64,000 nucleotides of DNA, taken from positions 182,668 to 246,667 of the forward strand of contig JACPJC010000005.1 of the NCBI GenBank assembly GCA_016187745.1, read 5' to 3'. The stretch is from Candidatus Iainarchaeum sp. GTDB lineage: Archaea; Iainarchaeota; Iainarchaeia; Iainarchaeales; JAXPJC01. A model generated the notes under the pieces. The model did no database searches, was not told the DNA's origin, and was given only the letters and a program-made list of their open reading frames with translations. Positions 38,079 through 47,656 of the stretch are shown here, piece after piece; position 1 is the stretch's first letter; every line of letters starts with the position of its first letter. The translations under genes and the position numbers were made by a program.

Positions 38079-38222
38079 TGCAATCAGCTTTGGGAGTTAA
38101 TTGCAATAAATTAGCGCGCAGGTGTTTATAAAACTTTCGCACAATTTCTTGGACATCAGAAACTACGTTTCCGTAAAAAATCGGCAATGAAATATTTGAC
38201 TTATCTTCATTTTGCCGATTTT

Positions 38223-39746
38223 TTATACCTTCCTTTTATTTCTATAATCCTCAATAGCCCTCTTCAGCCCGTCCATTGCAAGGACAGAGCAGTGCATCTT
38301 GTTCGGGGGCAGCCCATCAAGCTCCTTTGCGATTTTCTCCTTGTTGATTTTAAGCGCATCCTCCAGCATCATGCCCTTTGCCATCTCTGTAAGCTTGCTG
38401 CTTGTCGCCAAAGCTGCGACGCATCCAAAAGTTTTAACCTTTATATCTTTAATTGTTTCTTGCCCCTTTTTATTTTTTCCCACCTTGATATAAACCCACA
38501 TTAAATCTCCGCAATTATGCACACATAAGGATTCTGTTGTATAAGACATTGAATTGGCAACTTCTAGATTTACAACAGCGCCATTGTAATCAAACTTTTC
38601 AATATCTGTTATTAAAGTATACAAATAATTTTCATCAAACCAAGAATGCACTAATTCTGGTTTTTCTGCCTTAAAATCTATCCCCAAGATTTTTGCAAGA
38701 TTCTCCAGGCCTTTTCTTTCACCTATATGAATCCTCCAAGCCTTTTGATGTTTTACTCCATCTTTACTGATTTTTGGTTTATCAATATATATAGAGGGAG
38801 CAATTTTTTGTCTCAGCAAGAGCGTAACTATCTGCTGAGTCAGTTGATATGAAATTGTAGCATAACATGCTCTCGGCCTTTTTTCATTAAAATAGCCATC
38901 GCCCTTCCACAATCCATAAATAAGGCTCTTTTGTTTTTCTGCTGGGAGCAGCATCATCCAGTGCGGAAGCTTCTTTTCTGCGGCGCCTTTCCCGAATAGA
39001 GATTTGAATAATCTAACAAACCATACGCTATTCACATTCACAATAAGGGTATTTCTCTTTGGAACATATAATTTTTTTGCTTCAATTCCAAAATTATTTT
39101 TTACAATATATACTACATCATTTGCCAAATCCTCTTCATTTAAATTAAAGCTGAAACTAACTAGCGTTTTTGTTACAAGGTCCCTAAGCCCCCCCTCTGC
39201 CAGATAGTAGCCTGCAAGCCTGAGAAAATCATCATTTATTCCTATTTTTTCAGGAATTTTTTTACTTCGGAAGTCCCATTTCTTCCCAACTTGCTTAAAT
39301 TCAATGGATTCTACATTCTTTTCTTCTTTCATTATTGGATAAACTGACAAATCCCCCCCACTTAGTTCATCAGCATGATGCCATTCAATTGGAAGTGTTT
39401 TTTTATTTCTTGAGAAAGTATACTTCCATCTTTTTGGGACCTTAACAGCTAAAACTTCATGCTCCGGAGTAACAATAGTTTTTCCCAATTTATTCTTAAT
39501 GCTTAAAAGTTTTCCTGAATAACTTCTTTTAGGAATTCTTACAACTTCATTATATAATCCATCATGCCCCAAAACCTTTATTCCTGCAGTAATTTCATCT
39601 ATTTTAGTAAATTCATCATTTGCATGGATTTTTGTTTCAGGCACTAAACACACAGGATTGCCAATCTTTCCCAGCCCGTCTGGATTCTTTATTTCGCCTA
39701 TATTATGCGGGCGCCTGAATTCTTTCATTACCTTTTCTGAGTACAT
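38223..39746 (-). CDS. iscU: Fe-S scaffold IscU/NifU-N interrupted by an intein
   Basis: MYSEKV...GNPV | intein | CGD...TFGC...KMHCS. Confidence 0.93.
   Translation of the reverse strand: MYSEKVMKEFRRPHNIGEIKNPDGLGKIGNPVCLVPETKIHANDEFTKIDEITAGIKVLGHDGLYNEVVRIPKRSYSGKLLSIKNKLGKTIVTPEHEVLAVKVPKRWKYTFSRNKKTLPIEWHHADELSGGDLSVYPIMKEEKNVESIEFKQVGKKWDFRSKKIPEKIGINDDFLRLAGYYLAEGGLRDLVTKTLVSFSFNLNEEDLANDVVYIVKNNFGIEAKKLYVPKRNTLIVNVNSVWFVRLFKSLFGKGAAEKKLPHWMMLLPAEKQKSLIYGLWKGDGYFNEKRPRACYATISYQLTQQIVTLLLRQKIAPSIYIDKPKISKDGVKHQKAWRIHIGERKGLENLAKILGIDFKAEKPELVHSWFDENYLYTLITDIEKFDYNGAVVNLEVANSMSYTTESLCVHNCGDLMWVYIKVGKNKKGQETIKDIKVKTFGCVAALATSSKLTEMAKGMMLEDALKINKEKIAKELDGLPPNKMHCSVLAMDGLKRAIEDYRNKRKV
38514..39650 (-). 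mobile_element. 379-aa intein with LAGLIDADG homing endonuclease
   Basis: Starts CLVPET; block B TPEH; LAGYYLAEG and LIYGLWKGDG; ends VHN with Cys +1; AT-richer than the exteins. Confidence 0.93.
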
Positions 39747-39815
39747 CTTTTTGCTCCTTAATAATTCAAAACCTTGTAATTTTTAAACATTCCTAGAGTA
39801 AACCGCCACTGAACA

Positions 39816-41030
39816 CTAATGCGCATGCCCCTCATGCGTGTGCTCAATCTTCCCTTCAAACTCGCTTATGTCAATGCCCTTCCTCAGCGGGCTCATTTCC
39901 CTCAACCTTGCGATTATTGCGGGAAGCACATTCAGCAAATAATCAATGTCCTTTGTTGTTGTGTCTCGCCCAAGAGTCAATCTCAATGAGCCGTGGCATT
40001 TCACATGCGGCAGCCCTATTGCGCGCAATACATGGCTCGGCTCAAGGCTTTTTGTGCTGCATGCGCTTCCTGTTGAGGCAGCAATCCCCTTCTCATCAAG
40101 CATTATCACTATGCTCTCCCCCTCGACAAAATCAAATCCAAGATTAGCATTTCCCGCCAAGCGATTTTTCAATGAGCCATTTAGCCATGAATCCTTGATT
40201 TTCAAGCAGCCCTTAATTAATTTATTCCTTAATTTGAGCTCGCGCGCATTCTCTTTTCCCATTTCCTTTATTGAGATTTTCAGCGCCTCGGCCATCCCAA
40301 TAATTCCCGCAACATTCTCAGTTCCGCTTCTCAATCCATTCTCCTGCCCGCCCCCGTGCATTAGAGGATGGATGTTTGTTCCTTTCCTAACGTACAAAAA
40401 GCCAACCCCCTTCGGGCCGTAGAACTTGTGCGCGCTCGCGGAAAGCAAATCAATGTTCATCTTCTTCACATCAATCTGAATTTTCCCAAGCGTCTGAACG
40501 GCATCGGTATGGAAATAAATCCCCCTTTCCCTGCAAATTTTCCCTATTTCCCCAATAGGCTGTATTGTTCCGATTTCATTGTTCGCATGCATCACGCTTA
40601 CAAGGATTGTCTTTTCAGTTATTGCGGATTCCAGCTCCTTTGGATTAATGAAGCCCCTGCTGTCCACTTCAAGATAGGTTACTTTGAATCCATCCTTCTC
40701 AAGGAATTTGCAGGTATGCAGTACAGCATGATGCTCAAACACGCTTGTGATTATGTGGTTTCCATTTTTTGAATTTGCATATGCAATTCCCTTTATTGCA
40801 AGGTTGTCGCTTTCTGTGCCCCCGGAAGTGAAAATTATCTCATTCGGCTCGGCATTTATCGCCCTAGCAATTTCCGCGCGCGCATTTTCCATTGCCTTTT
40901 TCGCTTCTGTCCCGAAATAATGCAAAGAGCCCGCATTCCCGTATTTCTCGCTGAAATATGGCCTCATTTTTGCAAGCGCCCTTCCATCAATTGGGGTAGT
41001 TGCCGCGTGGTCAAGATAAATGCGCCTCAT
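39816..41030 (-). CDS. iscS: Cysteine desulfurase IscS/NifS
   Basis: YLDHAATTP, TSGGTESDN, SAHKFYGPKG, STGSAC. Confidence 0.96.
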   Translation of the reverse strand: MRRIYLDHAATTPIDGRALAKMRPYFSEKYGNAGSLHYFGTEAKKAMENARAEIARAINAEPNEIIFTSGGTESDNLAIKGIAYANSKNGNHIITSVFEHHAVLHTCKFLEKDGFKVTYLEVDSRGFINPKELESAITEKTILVSVMHANNEIGTIQPIGEIGKICRERGIYFHTDAVQTLGKIQIDVKKMNIDLLSASAHKFYGPKGVGFLYVRKGTNIHPLMHGGGQENGLRSGTENVAGIIGMAEALKISIKEMGKENARELKLRNKLIKGCLKIKDSWLNGSLKNRLAGNANLGFDFVEGESIVIMLDEKGIAASTGSACSTKSLEPSHVLRAIGLPHVKCHGSLRLTLGRDTTTKDIDYLLNVLPAIIARLREMSPLRKGIDISEFEGKIEHTHEGHAH

Positions 41031-41356
41031 GCTCCGTGCTCCTTGCTGCAGACCCTGCAGACATTCTGCTTGTAGAATGCTATCGCATCCAATATGCCGC
41101 TCCTTGCCTTCATTTTTCCGAAGTTTTCGCTTATGGAGTATATGCGCCCCTTCCCCCTCTTATCAACATGCACAAACCTGCATTTCCTCAGCACCTGCAG
41201 CGCATGGCTTATTTTGCTCTGCTCCTCATGCAGGGAACCAGCAAGCCCGAGGACTGTTTTAGGATTTTTTTTCAGTTCGGAAATGATTTTCAGGCGCAGG
41301 GGGTTCGCAAGAACCTCGAAGCACCTGTAATTGGAAACAGATGAATCAGCTTTCAT
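41027..41356 (-). CDS. ArsR family regulator of the isc operon
   Basis: LANPLRLKII...EQSKISHAL. Confidence 0.88.
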   Translation of the reverse strand: MKADSSVSNYRCFEVLANPLRLKIISELKKNPKTVLGLAGSLHEEQSKISHALQVLRKCRFVHVDKRGKGRIYSISENFGKMKARSGILDAIAFYKQNVCRVCSKEHGA

Positions 41357-41373
41357 ATGAATATTGCATCATA
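41340..41373. promoter_or_regulatory. Double (T/G)ATGA-N8-TCATA operator over the ArsR start
   Basis: Same architecture as 14857-14890. Confidence 0.6.
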
Positions 41374-41395
41374 TAAGTTTATAAGGATTGTGGAA

Positions 41396-42247
41396 TTAGC
41401 GCCTTGCGGTTGTCGGGCGTTTTTCATAGATTCTTTTCATGGAGCCCCTTCTGAACCTTGACTTCTTTGCCCTTGTTGTCTCTGAGAACTGGTCAATTAC
41501 ATAAGTTTGGCCCTTTTCTCCTGGCCTGTCCCTCAATTTGATTAATATGTTTGGCGAAACAAAATCAGGGCTCGGATAAGCTAAGCCCGCACTTTCATAA
41601 TGCCTGATAAGCCGGCCTTGCGCATTATAAATTGATTTTCCAAATCCCACTACCAGCCCCCAAGCCTCGTGCTTTAAATCACTAGGCAATTGCCCTAATG
41701 ACAATGGATCCTTTATGTATCGCATTGCGAGAAAAGGCCCTTTGTAGGCGATTACTTCTGCCACTCTCAACTCGAAATTTTTTGACTCCGGAAGCATTTT
41801 GTTTGCTGTCAGCCAGTTATATATTTTATGCAGGCTGTGCAGGGTTTTTGCCTGGTTTTCTGGGCTGCTCCTTGCGCCCTTCTTGAATTTTTTAATTATC
41901 AAATCATACCAATGCATTCCGCTTGAAGAAACGAAAACATTTTCCTTGCCCAAATGAAAATGCCTTACTTCACCCTCTCCCCCGCCGCCGATTCTTGGCA
42001 ATTTCAGGAAGAACTCATTAGTGAAAATCCCAGGAAACTGCCGCTCCAGTTTTGCCCTGTTGTATCTCCATTTTTCAATGCGCCCCAGCCAATCTACTTT
42101 TAAATCAGGCAACGGACTCCCCAATGGCGCACCCAACCCCTGCTTTTTTTCCAAATATCCTTTCACACTTTTCGGAAGCCTTTCAGTTTCAAACAACTTC
42201 CTTCTTCTTTCCCTTTCTAATCCCTTTATCCATTTAGGTCTTGCCAT
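41396..42247 (-). CDS. Protein-kinase-fold orphan
   Basis: IGGGGEGEV, LIIKK, LAMRYI, PDFVSPNILI, VIDQ. Confidence 0.55.
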   Translation of the reverse strand: MARPKWIKGLERERRRKLFETERLPKSVKGYLEKKQGLGAPLGSPLPDLKVDWLGRIEKWRYNRAKLERQFPGIFTNEFFLKLPRIGGGGEGEVRHFHLGKENVFVSSSGMHWYDLIIKKFKKGARSSPENQAKTLHSLHKIYNWLTANKMLPESKNFELRVAEVIAYKGPFLAMRYIKDPLSLGQLPSDLKHEAWGLVVGFGKSIYNAQGRLIRHYESAGLAYPSPDFVSPNILIKLRDRPGEKGQTYVIDQFSETTRAKKSRFRRGSMKRIYEKRPTTARR

Positions 42248-42815
42248 TTTTAACAGCCTCTTGCCTGTCAAGTATCTGACCAAGCGCTTCAATCAGATTG
42301 AGCGCCTGCTTCTTTCTCTTAACAACAGTTTCAAAGTTTGTTTCGGTTTCAAAGCGCTTTGTTACGTGCATAACAATATTCCTAAATGCGCTTATTGCCT
42401 TCAAATCCTCCCTGAATTCCTTTTTGCTCCTGTAAATTTCCTGCTGGGAGAACAAATTCCCGTTTTCAAGCAGGCATCTGATAAAATCATTCATATTTTT
42501 TTCATTCAGTTCCTTAACCGGATTATTGCACCATTCATTAACCCTGTATAACTTTGACTCTATTTCGCTCAGCAGAACAAAAAATGCGATTCTCAGGGGC
42601 CGTTTAAGCAAAAATGCGCGCTCAACCACCCTTCCATCATCAAGCATCAGGCATTCATTCTTTTCAAGCAAATCAAGCGCATCAAAAACCGGGAGCTTTC
42701 CATCAACAGCTGCGGAAGTGCAGTAATTTTTCCCGCCATTTTTTCTTGCAAGCAAATCAACAGTCATCTGGCCTGAAATGCTGCTGAAAAACTTCTCAAA
42801 ATCTCCTTTGCGCAT
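42234..42815 (-). CDS. Putative HEPN-domain protein
   Basis: FRNIVMH (Rx4H) near the C-terminus; EIESKL helix. Confidence 0.5.
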   Translation of the reverse strand: MRKGDFEKFFSSISGQMTVDLLARKNGGKNYCTSAAVDGKLPVFDALDLLEKNECLMLDDGRVVERAFLLKRPLRIAFFVLLSEIESKLYRVNEWCNNPVKELNEKNMNDFIRCLLENGNLFSQQEIYRSKKEFREDLKAISAFRNIVMHVTKRFETETNFETVVKRKKQALNLIEALGQILDRQEAVKNGKT

Positions 42816-42818
42816 ATG

Positions 42819-43583
42819 TCAATTACCTTCCTTAAGTATTATTATATTTCCCCTTCCGCGCTTTATCTTCTTTACTATTCCCGCATCTTCAAGCTCGCTC
42901 AGTATCAGGGAAATTTTCGCCTCCCCTATCCCGGTTATTTTGTCGCGCAGCTCTTTCTGCGTCAATCTGTTGCCTGATTTGCGCAATGCCTCAATAACCT
43001 CTTTCGCATACTTGTCCGGCGCATATTGCGCATTCCGCTGCTCCGCCTGCTGCGCCCCATGCGCTGCTTTTTCCGGATCCCATCTTATTGGGACTGCAGT
43101 TTCCTCAATATTCCTTATCCGCCCCCTGAAGAAAAGGAAAACTGCTGCAATTACAGCAATGAATGCGGCAAAGGCAATGGCAAAATAAAGCGGGTTGAAC
43201 CCCCCCGCGCTTAATCCATCCCTAATATCAATATCAGCATCAGGGAATTCAGGCAAAGCCCCATCATCAATTGCAGGCAGCATTATCAAGTCAATAATGT
43301 AATTCCCGTCCTCAACAATAAGCACATTCTCATCCGCAGAATATTTCAGCGCAGAATCCTCATAATACTCCGCATGAAGGCTGTAATTTCCCCTTGGAAG
43401 GAAAAATTCATAATCCCCGTTTTTTGAAACATACCTCTGCTCCGGAACAGAATTCACATCAATTACAACATTGTCAAGCTCATTCAGCGAGAACCACTCA
43501 TACACCTTCCCATGCACATATGCCGAATCGGCGTTGCTGAGCAGAAAAACCAGAATTGCAGCAACCGCAAGCAATTTCTTCAT
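42819..43583 (-). CDS. Membrane-anchored protein with cytoplasmic winged helix (COG2512-like)
   Basis: Signal peptide, beta domain, TM, TQKELR..EAKISLIL.ELE..K.GRGN. Confidence 0.8.
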   Translation of the reverse strand: MKKLLAVAAILVFLLSNADSAYVHGKVYEWFSLNELDNVVIDVNSVPEQRYVSKNGDYEFFLPRGNYSLHAEYYEDSALKYSADENVLIVEDGNYIIDLIMLPAIDDGALPEFPDADIDIRDGLSAGGFNPLYFAIAFAAFIAVIAAVFLFFRGRIRNIEETAVPIRWDPEKAAHGAQQAEQRNAQYAPDKYAKEVIEALRKSGNRLTQKELRDKITGIGEAKISLILSELEDAGIVKKIKRGRGNIIILKEGN

Positions 43584-43778
43584 TAAAATCATTTCCCACA
43601 AAAAGTAATTTAAACCGAGCGTAAATCTTAAGCGGCGCGCATAAACCTTAATTTAGCGCAAAAAGCCCGCATAAAGCTTTGTTTTTTGCTGCACAAAAAG
43701 AATGTATTTAAATAAACCCGGCAGCATTATCTGCGTGCAGGAAAGCACAAATTCAAAATAAGAAGGGAGGCAAATAAA

Positions 43779-45329
43779 ATGAACGCAAAAATAATTCCAG
43801 CCCTGGTTGCCATGCTTTTCCTATTCAGCATTCTGCCAACGGCAATTGCTGCCGAAAAGGGCGCCGAGAGCGGCAAGGCAATGGATGCCAGCAAGCTTGA
43901 AATATTGAAAGAACTTAAAGACCTCAAGAAGGGAGAATTGGACAAATACAAGGACTTAAAAAGCGATGAAATAGATAAATTCCAGAATCTGCGCAGGGAA
44001 GCCTTCAGGCGCATAAATGCGCTGAGCAAAGATGAAATAGAGAAGCTCAAGGAACTTTCAAAAGAGGACATAAACGGCTTCGGGCAGCTCGTGAGCGGCA
44101 AACTGCGCATTTTGGTCCAGCTGCGCAAGGAAGATTTGGAAAAACTGAAAGGCCTGAAAAAAGAGCAGCTCTACAAGATTGCTGCGCTGAAAAAGGAAGA
44201 GCTCAACAAACTGAAGGAGCTGAAAAAAGTCGACATAAACAATTTCAGCGAGCTTGATATGGAAACGCTGCAGAATATGCTCGAACTGAACAAGGAGGAA
44301 CTTGAGAAGTTTGGCGGATCAAGCGGCAGGGGGCTTGACAAGCTTTCGCAGCTGGGCAAGGAAGGCATACGCAAACTGGCACTGCTTTCCCGCGATGAAA
44401 TAAAATCCATAGTCTCAAAACTTCCTGAAATGTACAAGTACAGGAAGAACTACCTTGAGGCAAAAGAAAACTACAAGGTCCTGAGGGAGGAATTCATCGA
44501 AGCCAGAAAATACTTCATGGATTCGAAATCCGACTTCCTCAAGGCAAGAAACGCCTACAGGGATGCGAATGCAGATGCAGACAGGGAAGCGCTGAAGGAA
44601 GAGCTAAGGAAAAGGGCAATTGAAGCGCTTTTGGACCAAGTGGATGCAGCAATAAAGCATCTCCAAACTTTGAAGGAAAAGGGCATTGCCACTGAGAGCG
44701 TGGATGCAGAGATTGCGGGCTTCGAGGCGCACAAGCCAGTCCTTGAAAACCCAGAGGTTACGGCAGAGCAAATAGTTCAGGAATCCAAAAAAATAAATGC
44801 GCATCTTGCAAAGGTTAAAAAGGCGTCAAAACTGCAGGCAGGCAAGTCCCTTGACAACAGGATTGCAGCAATAATAAGGCAGGCTGAAAATGCCTACACA
44901 AAAATCTCTGCCCTGCTTGACAAGCTGGAATCCCGCGGAAAAGATGCAAGCGAATTGCGCGATGCGCTTTCCGCATTCGCAGAGGACATAAACAAAACAA
45001 GGGAAGCATATGAAAATGCAAAGGAGAAATGGGAAGCGGCAGAAACAGCGGAAGATGCAGACAAAATCCTCAGGGAAGGCCACGAGTATGTGAAGAACGC
45101 GCACAGGAGATTGAAGCACGCATTCCACATCCTGAAACAGATAATACACAACTACAACAAGCTTCAGAGCGGGGAAGAAACAGAAGCAATAGAGATAGAG
45201 CCGATAACAGATGCGCCGGTTGAGATAACTGCGGATGCAGACCAAACAAATGCAGATACCAGCGGGGGGCTGGTTCAGCCGGCATCGGCAGATGCAAACA
45301 CTGATGCAGAAGTGGGTGAAGCAGAATGA
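43779..45329 (+). CDS. Secreted helical/coiled-coil repeat protein
   Basis: Signal peptide; K/E/L-rich repeats; acidic tail. Confidence 0.75.
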   Translation: MNAKIIPALVAMLFLFSILPTAIAAEKGAESGKAMDASKLEILKELKDLKKGELDKYKDLKSDEIDKFQNLRREAFRRINALSKDEIEKLKELSKEDINGFGQLVSGKLRILVQLRKEDLEKLKGLKKEQLYKIAALKKEELNKLKELKKVDINNFSELDMETLQNMLELNKEELEKFGGSSGRGLDKLSQLGKEGIRKLALLSRDEIKSIVSKLPEMYKYRKNYLEAKENYKVLREEFIEARKYFMDSKSDFLKARNAYRDANADADREALKEELRKRAIEALLDQVDAAIKHLQTLKEKGIATESVDAEIAGFEAHKPVLENPEVTAEQIVQESKKINAHLAKVKKASKLQAGKSLDNRIAAIIRQAENAYTKISALLDKLESRGKDASELRDALSAFAEDINKTREAYENAKEKWEAAETAEDADKILREGHEYVKNAHRRLKHAFHILKQIIHNYNKLQSGEETEAIEIEPITDAPVEITADADQTNADTSGGLVQPASADANTDAEVGEAE

Positions 45330-45589
45330 AGCTATCTTGCATAATCCCAATAGTATTGATTGCAGTCCTGCTTCTGCTTTTCGGCTGCGTGCAGAACGGA
45401 AAAACAGGCGATGCTGAAGGAGTTCTTGCAAGCGCGCAGCTTGAGGGAACCGGAAGCTCCGCATCAGACATTACCGCGGAAAATGTTTCGGACATAGGCA
45501 CAAGCATAGATGCAACAGCAGATGCCATTGAGGGCTTTGAGGATACCGAGCTTGAGGAACTCCCAATAGATGAAACAACCTTCCAGTAA
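45326..45589 (+). CDS. Acidic lipoprotein
   Basis: LFGC lipobox. Confidence 0.6.
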   Translation: MKLSCIIPIVLIAVLLLLFGCVQNGKTGDAEGVLASAQLEGTGSSASDITAENVSDIGTSIDATADAIEGFEDTELEELPIDETTFQ

Positions 45590-45712
45590 ATCGGATTGTT
45601 GTTTCATTTTTTTCTTTTTTTATTTTTAACCGGCTATTGTGCAATTACGGTTTCTCGGAAACGGACCACAGAAGCCCGAAATATTTCCTGTAAGTTGAAC
45701 TTCTCCAGCGTT

Positions 45713-46546
45713 TTATTGCGCAGCATCAAAATTCCTTGCGATTTTTGATAGGATTTTGTTGCTTTGCTTCATGTCCCTGCCCATGCGCTTCACGCTGCCG
45801 CCCATAGTTTTTATACTATTGTTTATGCCCTTCAGGGTCTTGGAAACAGAGCCATACTTGCCGTCTAACTTGCTGAAGTTATTGGAGGTTTCTTTCCTGA
45901 AGGAGTCAGTTTTTCCCCCAAGTGTAGACCCAAGCCTCTTGAAATTATTTGAAGTTTCTTTCCTAAATGTGTCCGTTTTGCCGCCCAAAGTATTTTCAAG
46001 CCTTTTGAAATTGCTTGAAGTTTCCTTCCTGAATGAGTCCGTCTTTCCACCCAGGGTATTTTCAAGCCGTTTTAAATTATTGGAGCTCTCTTTCCTGAAT
46101 GATTTTGTTTCTGACATTAGCGAGTCGGTTTTTGAGTTCAGGGAATGCATCATCAGCGTTGCAATTTCCGCCTTTTCTATCATCTCCCTATTTTCAAGGC
46201 TAAGCTCTTTCCCATAATCTATTTCAAAGACCCCAAGCCCCCTGCCTGGCATTATAAATTCCTCATCCCCCCCAAAGAGAACCTTAATCTTCCCAACATG
46301 AAGCGATAACGGATCTGAAGGATTGCCTTTGATGTTTATTTTTTCTATGAAGGCGTATGTTTCCGGTTTCGCCGCTCGCGCATAAATTTCCACAGAACCA
46401 TCATCCAGATTGCGCGCAAAGCCCCTAATTTGCATGTTCTTCGCTATCTGCTTTGCATATGCGCGGAAGCCAACGCCCTGAACATTCCCGAAAACCAGAA
46501 TTCTTGCTATTGCCAAGTTTTCACATAAATACTTGCATGCAACCAA
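45713..46546 (-). CDS. Acylphosphatase with C-terminal 22-aa repeats
   Basis: GNVQGVGFR, RNLDDGSVE; repeated KTDSFRKETSxNFKRLxxTLGG. Confidence 0.85.
   Translation of the reverse strand: MVACKYLCENLAIARILVFGNVQGVGFRAYAKQIAKNMQIRGFARNLDDGSVEIYARAAKPETYAFIEKINIKGNPSDPLSLHVGKIKVLFGGDEEFIMPGRGLGVFEIDYGKELSLENREMIEKAEIATLMMHSLNSKTDSLMSETKSFRKESSNNLKRLENTLGGKTDSFRKETSSNFKRLENTLGGKTDTFRKETSNNFKRLGSTLGGKTDSFRKETSNNFSKLDGKYGSVSKTLKGINNSIKTMGGSVKRMGRDMKQSNKILSKIARNFDAAQ
45870..46105 (-). repeat. About 3.5 copies of a 66-bp coding tandem repeat
   Basis: 22-aa period seen in the translation. Confidence 0.8.
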
Positions 46547-46593
46547 TATTTAAGCATTCCTATTTTTACGCTTATTGCCGATACTTTAAATTG

Positions 46594-47604
46594 TCAGGTT
46601 TCAGCCCTGCGGAGCAGCCTTCTCTTTATTTTTCCCGCCTTTTCCCCTATTGCGCGCTTCCCGATCCTTTCTGCAATCTTCTCCTTTATTTTGCGCCTTC
46701 CCACAACGCTTTTTGTAGCGTACTTCAAACCCTGCAGAATTTCCTTCCTGTGCAATGGCTCAACCGCGGGCTCGTAAATATTGCTTTTAAGCTCCTTCAT
46801 CAGCGGCCCCGCCCATATCACATTCCTTTTGTCCTGCAGCGCGCGCAGCAGAAATTCATTTGTAATTTCCTTTGTTTCATCGACCCTCATCCTCAGCATC
46901 CCGCAGCCTATCCTTTCCGCGGAATGCGCGTCGCTCCCTGCGGTAATGAAAGCGGCCTTCTCCCCCAGTTCTATTGGGGCAACGCAGCGGTTTACCAGCT
47001 CCGAGCTTTTCGCATCAATCTTCTTCCTCATTTTTGCCCCTATTTTCCCTATTGCAATCCTTCTCGCGACCCTGTTCCTCTCAAGGAAGCCGAAGAACTT
47101 CAATGGCCTCTTTATCCAGCCCGAATCCAGCACATACCTGTACAAGCTTCCTATCATCCCGTCGTATGTTTCCACCCCGATATAATTGCGCTCGACAATC
47201 CTCTCAAGGCTTTTCCTCCCTATCAAGTAAGCCGCGCTGTCCTGGCTGAATCCCCAGGGGTGCGCAATGCTAAGGAGCAAATTATTCTCTTTTGCAATTT
47301 CAATTGCCCTTTCTATTGGCAGATCAATTTGAAGCAGCTCGGGAATTCCATAAATGCTTTCATCCTTGCAGTAAGCAATTACATGCCCTATGTTTGTTTT
47401 CAGCTCAATCCCCGGAATAAGAAGCACGCCCTCCGGCTTCTCCGCTGCAATCCTCTCATATGCCTCCTTGGGGTTGTGCTCCGCGTGTTCCGTAATTGCA
47501 ACGGCATCCAGGCCTATCTCAAGTACGCGCTTCCAGTACTCAGAGGCTTTAGTGTCCTTTTCAATTGCGTGAGTGTGAAGGTCCGCGCTGATGGTTTTGT
47601 GCAT
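46594..47604 (-). CDS. PHP-domain phosphoesterase
   Basis: DLHTH, AITEH, AHPW, AGSDAH. Confidence 0.9.
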   Translation of the reverse strand: MHKTISADLHTHAIEKDTKASEYWKRVLEIGLDAVAITEHAEHNPKEAYERIAAEKPEGVLLIPGIELKTNIGHVIAYCKDESIYGIPELLQIDLPIERAIEIAKENNLLLSIAHPWGFSQDSAAYLIGRKSLERIVERNYIGVETYDGMIGSLYRYVLDSGWIKRPLKFFGFLERNRVARRIAIGKIGAKMRKKIDAKSSELVNRCVAPIELGEKAAFITAGSDAHSAERIGCGMLRMRVDETKEITNEFLLRALQDKRNVIWAGPLMKELKSNIYEPAVEPLHRKEILQGLKYATKSVVGRRKIKEKIAERIGKRAIGEKAGKIKRRLLRRAET

Positions 47605-47656
47605 TATAATTAGATATGCAGAAAGTTATTTATAGGTTTACAAACCCAATTCTACA

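Noticed and set aside
46453-47613. 386-aa plus-strand ORF
   Set aside because: Antisense shadow of the motif-rich PHP gene. The same applies to other long antisense ORFs such as 3395-4153, 15348-16052 and 44826-45464.
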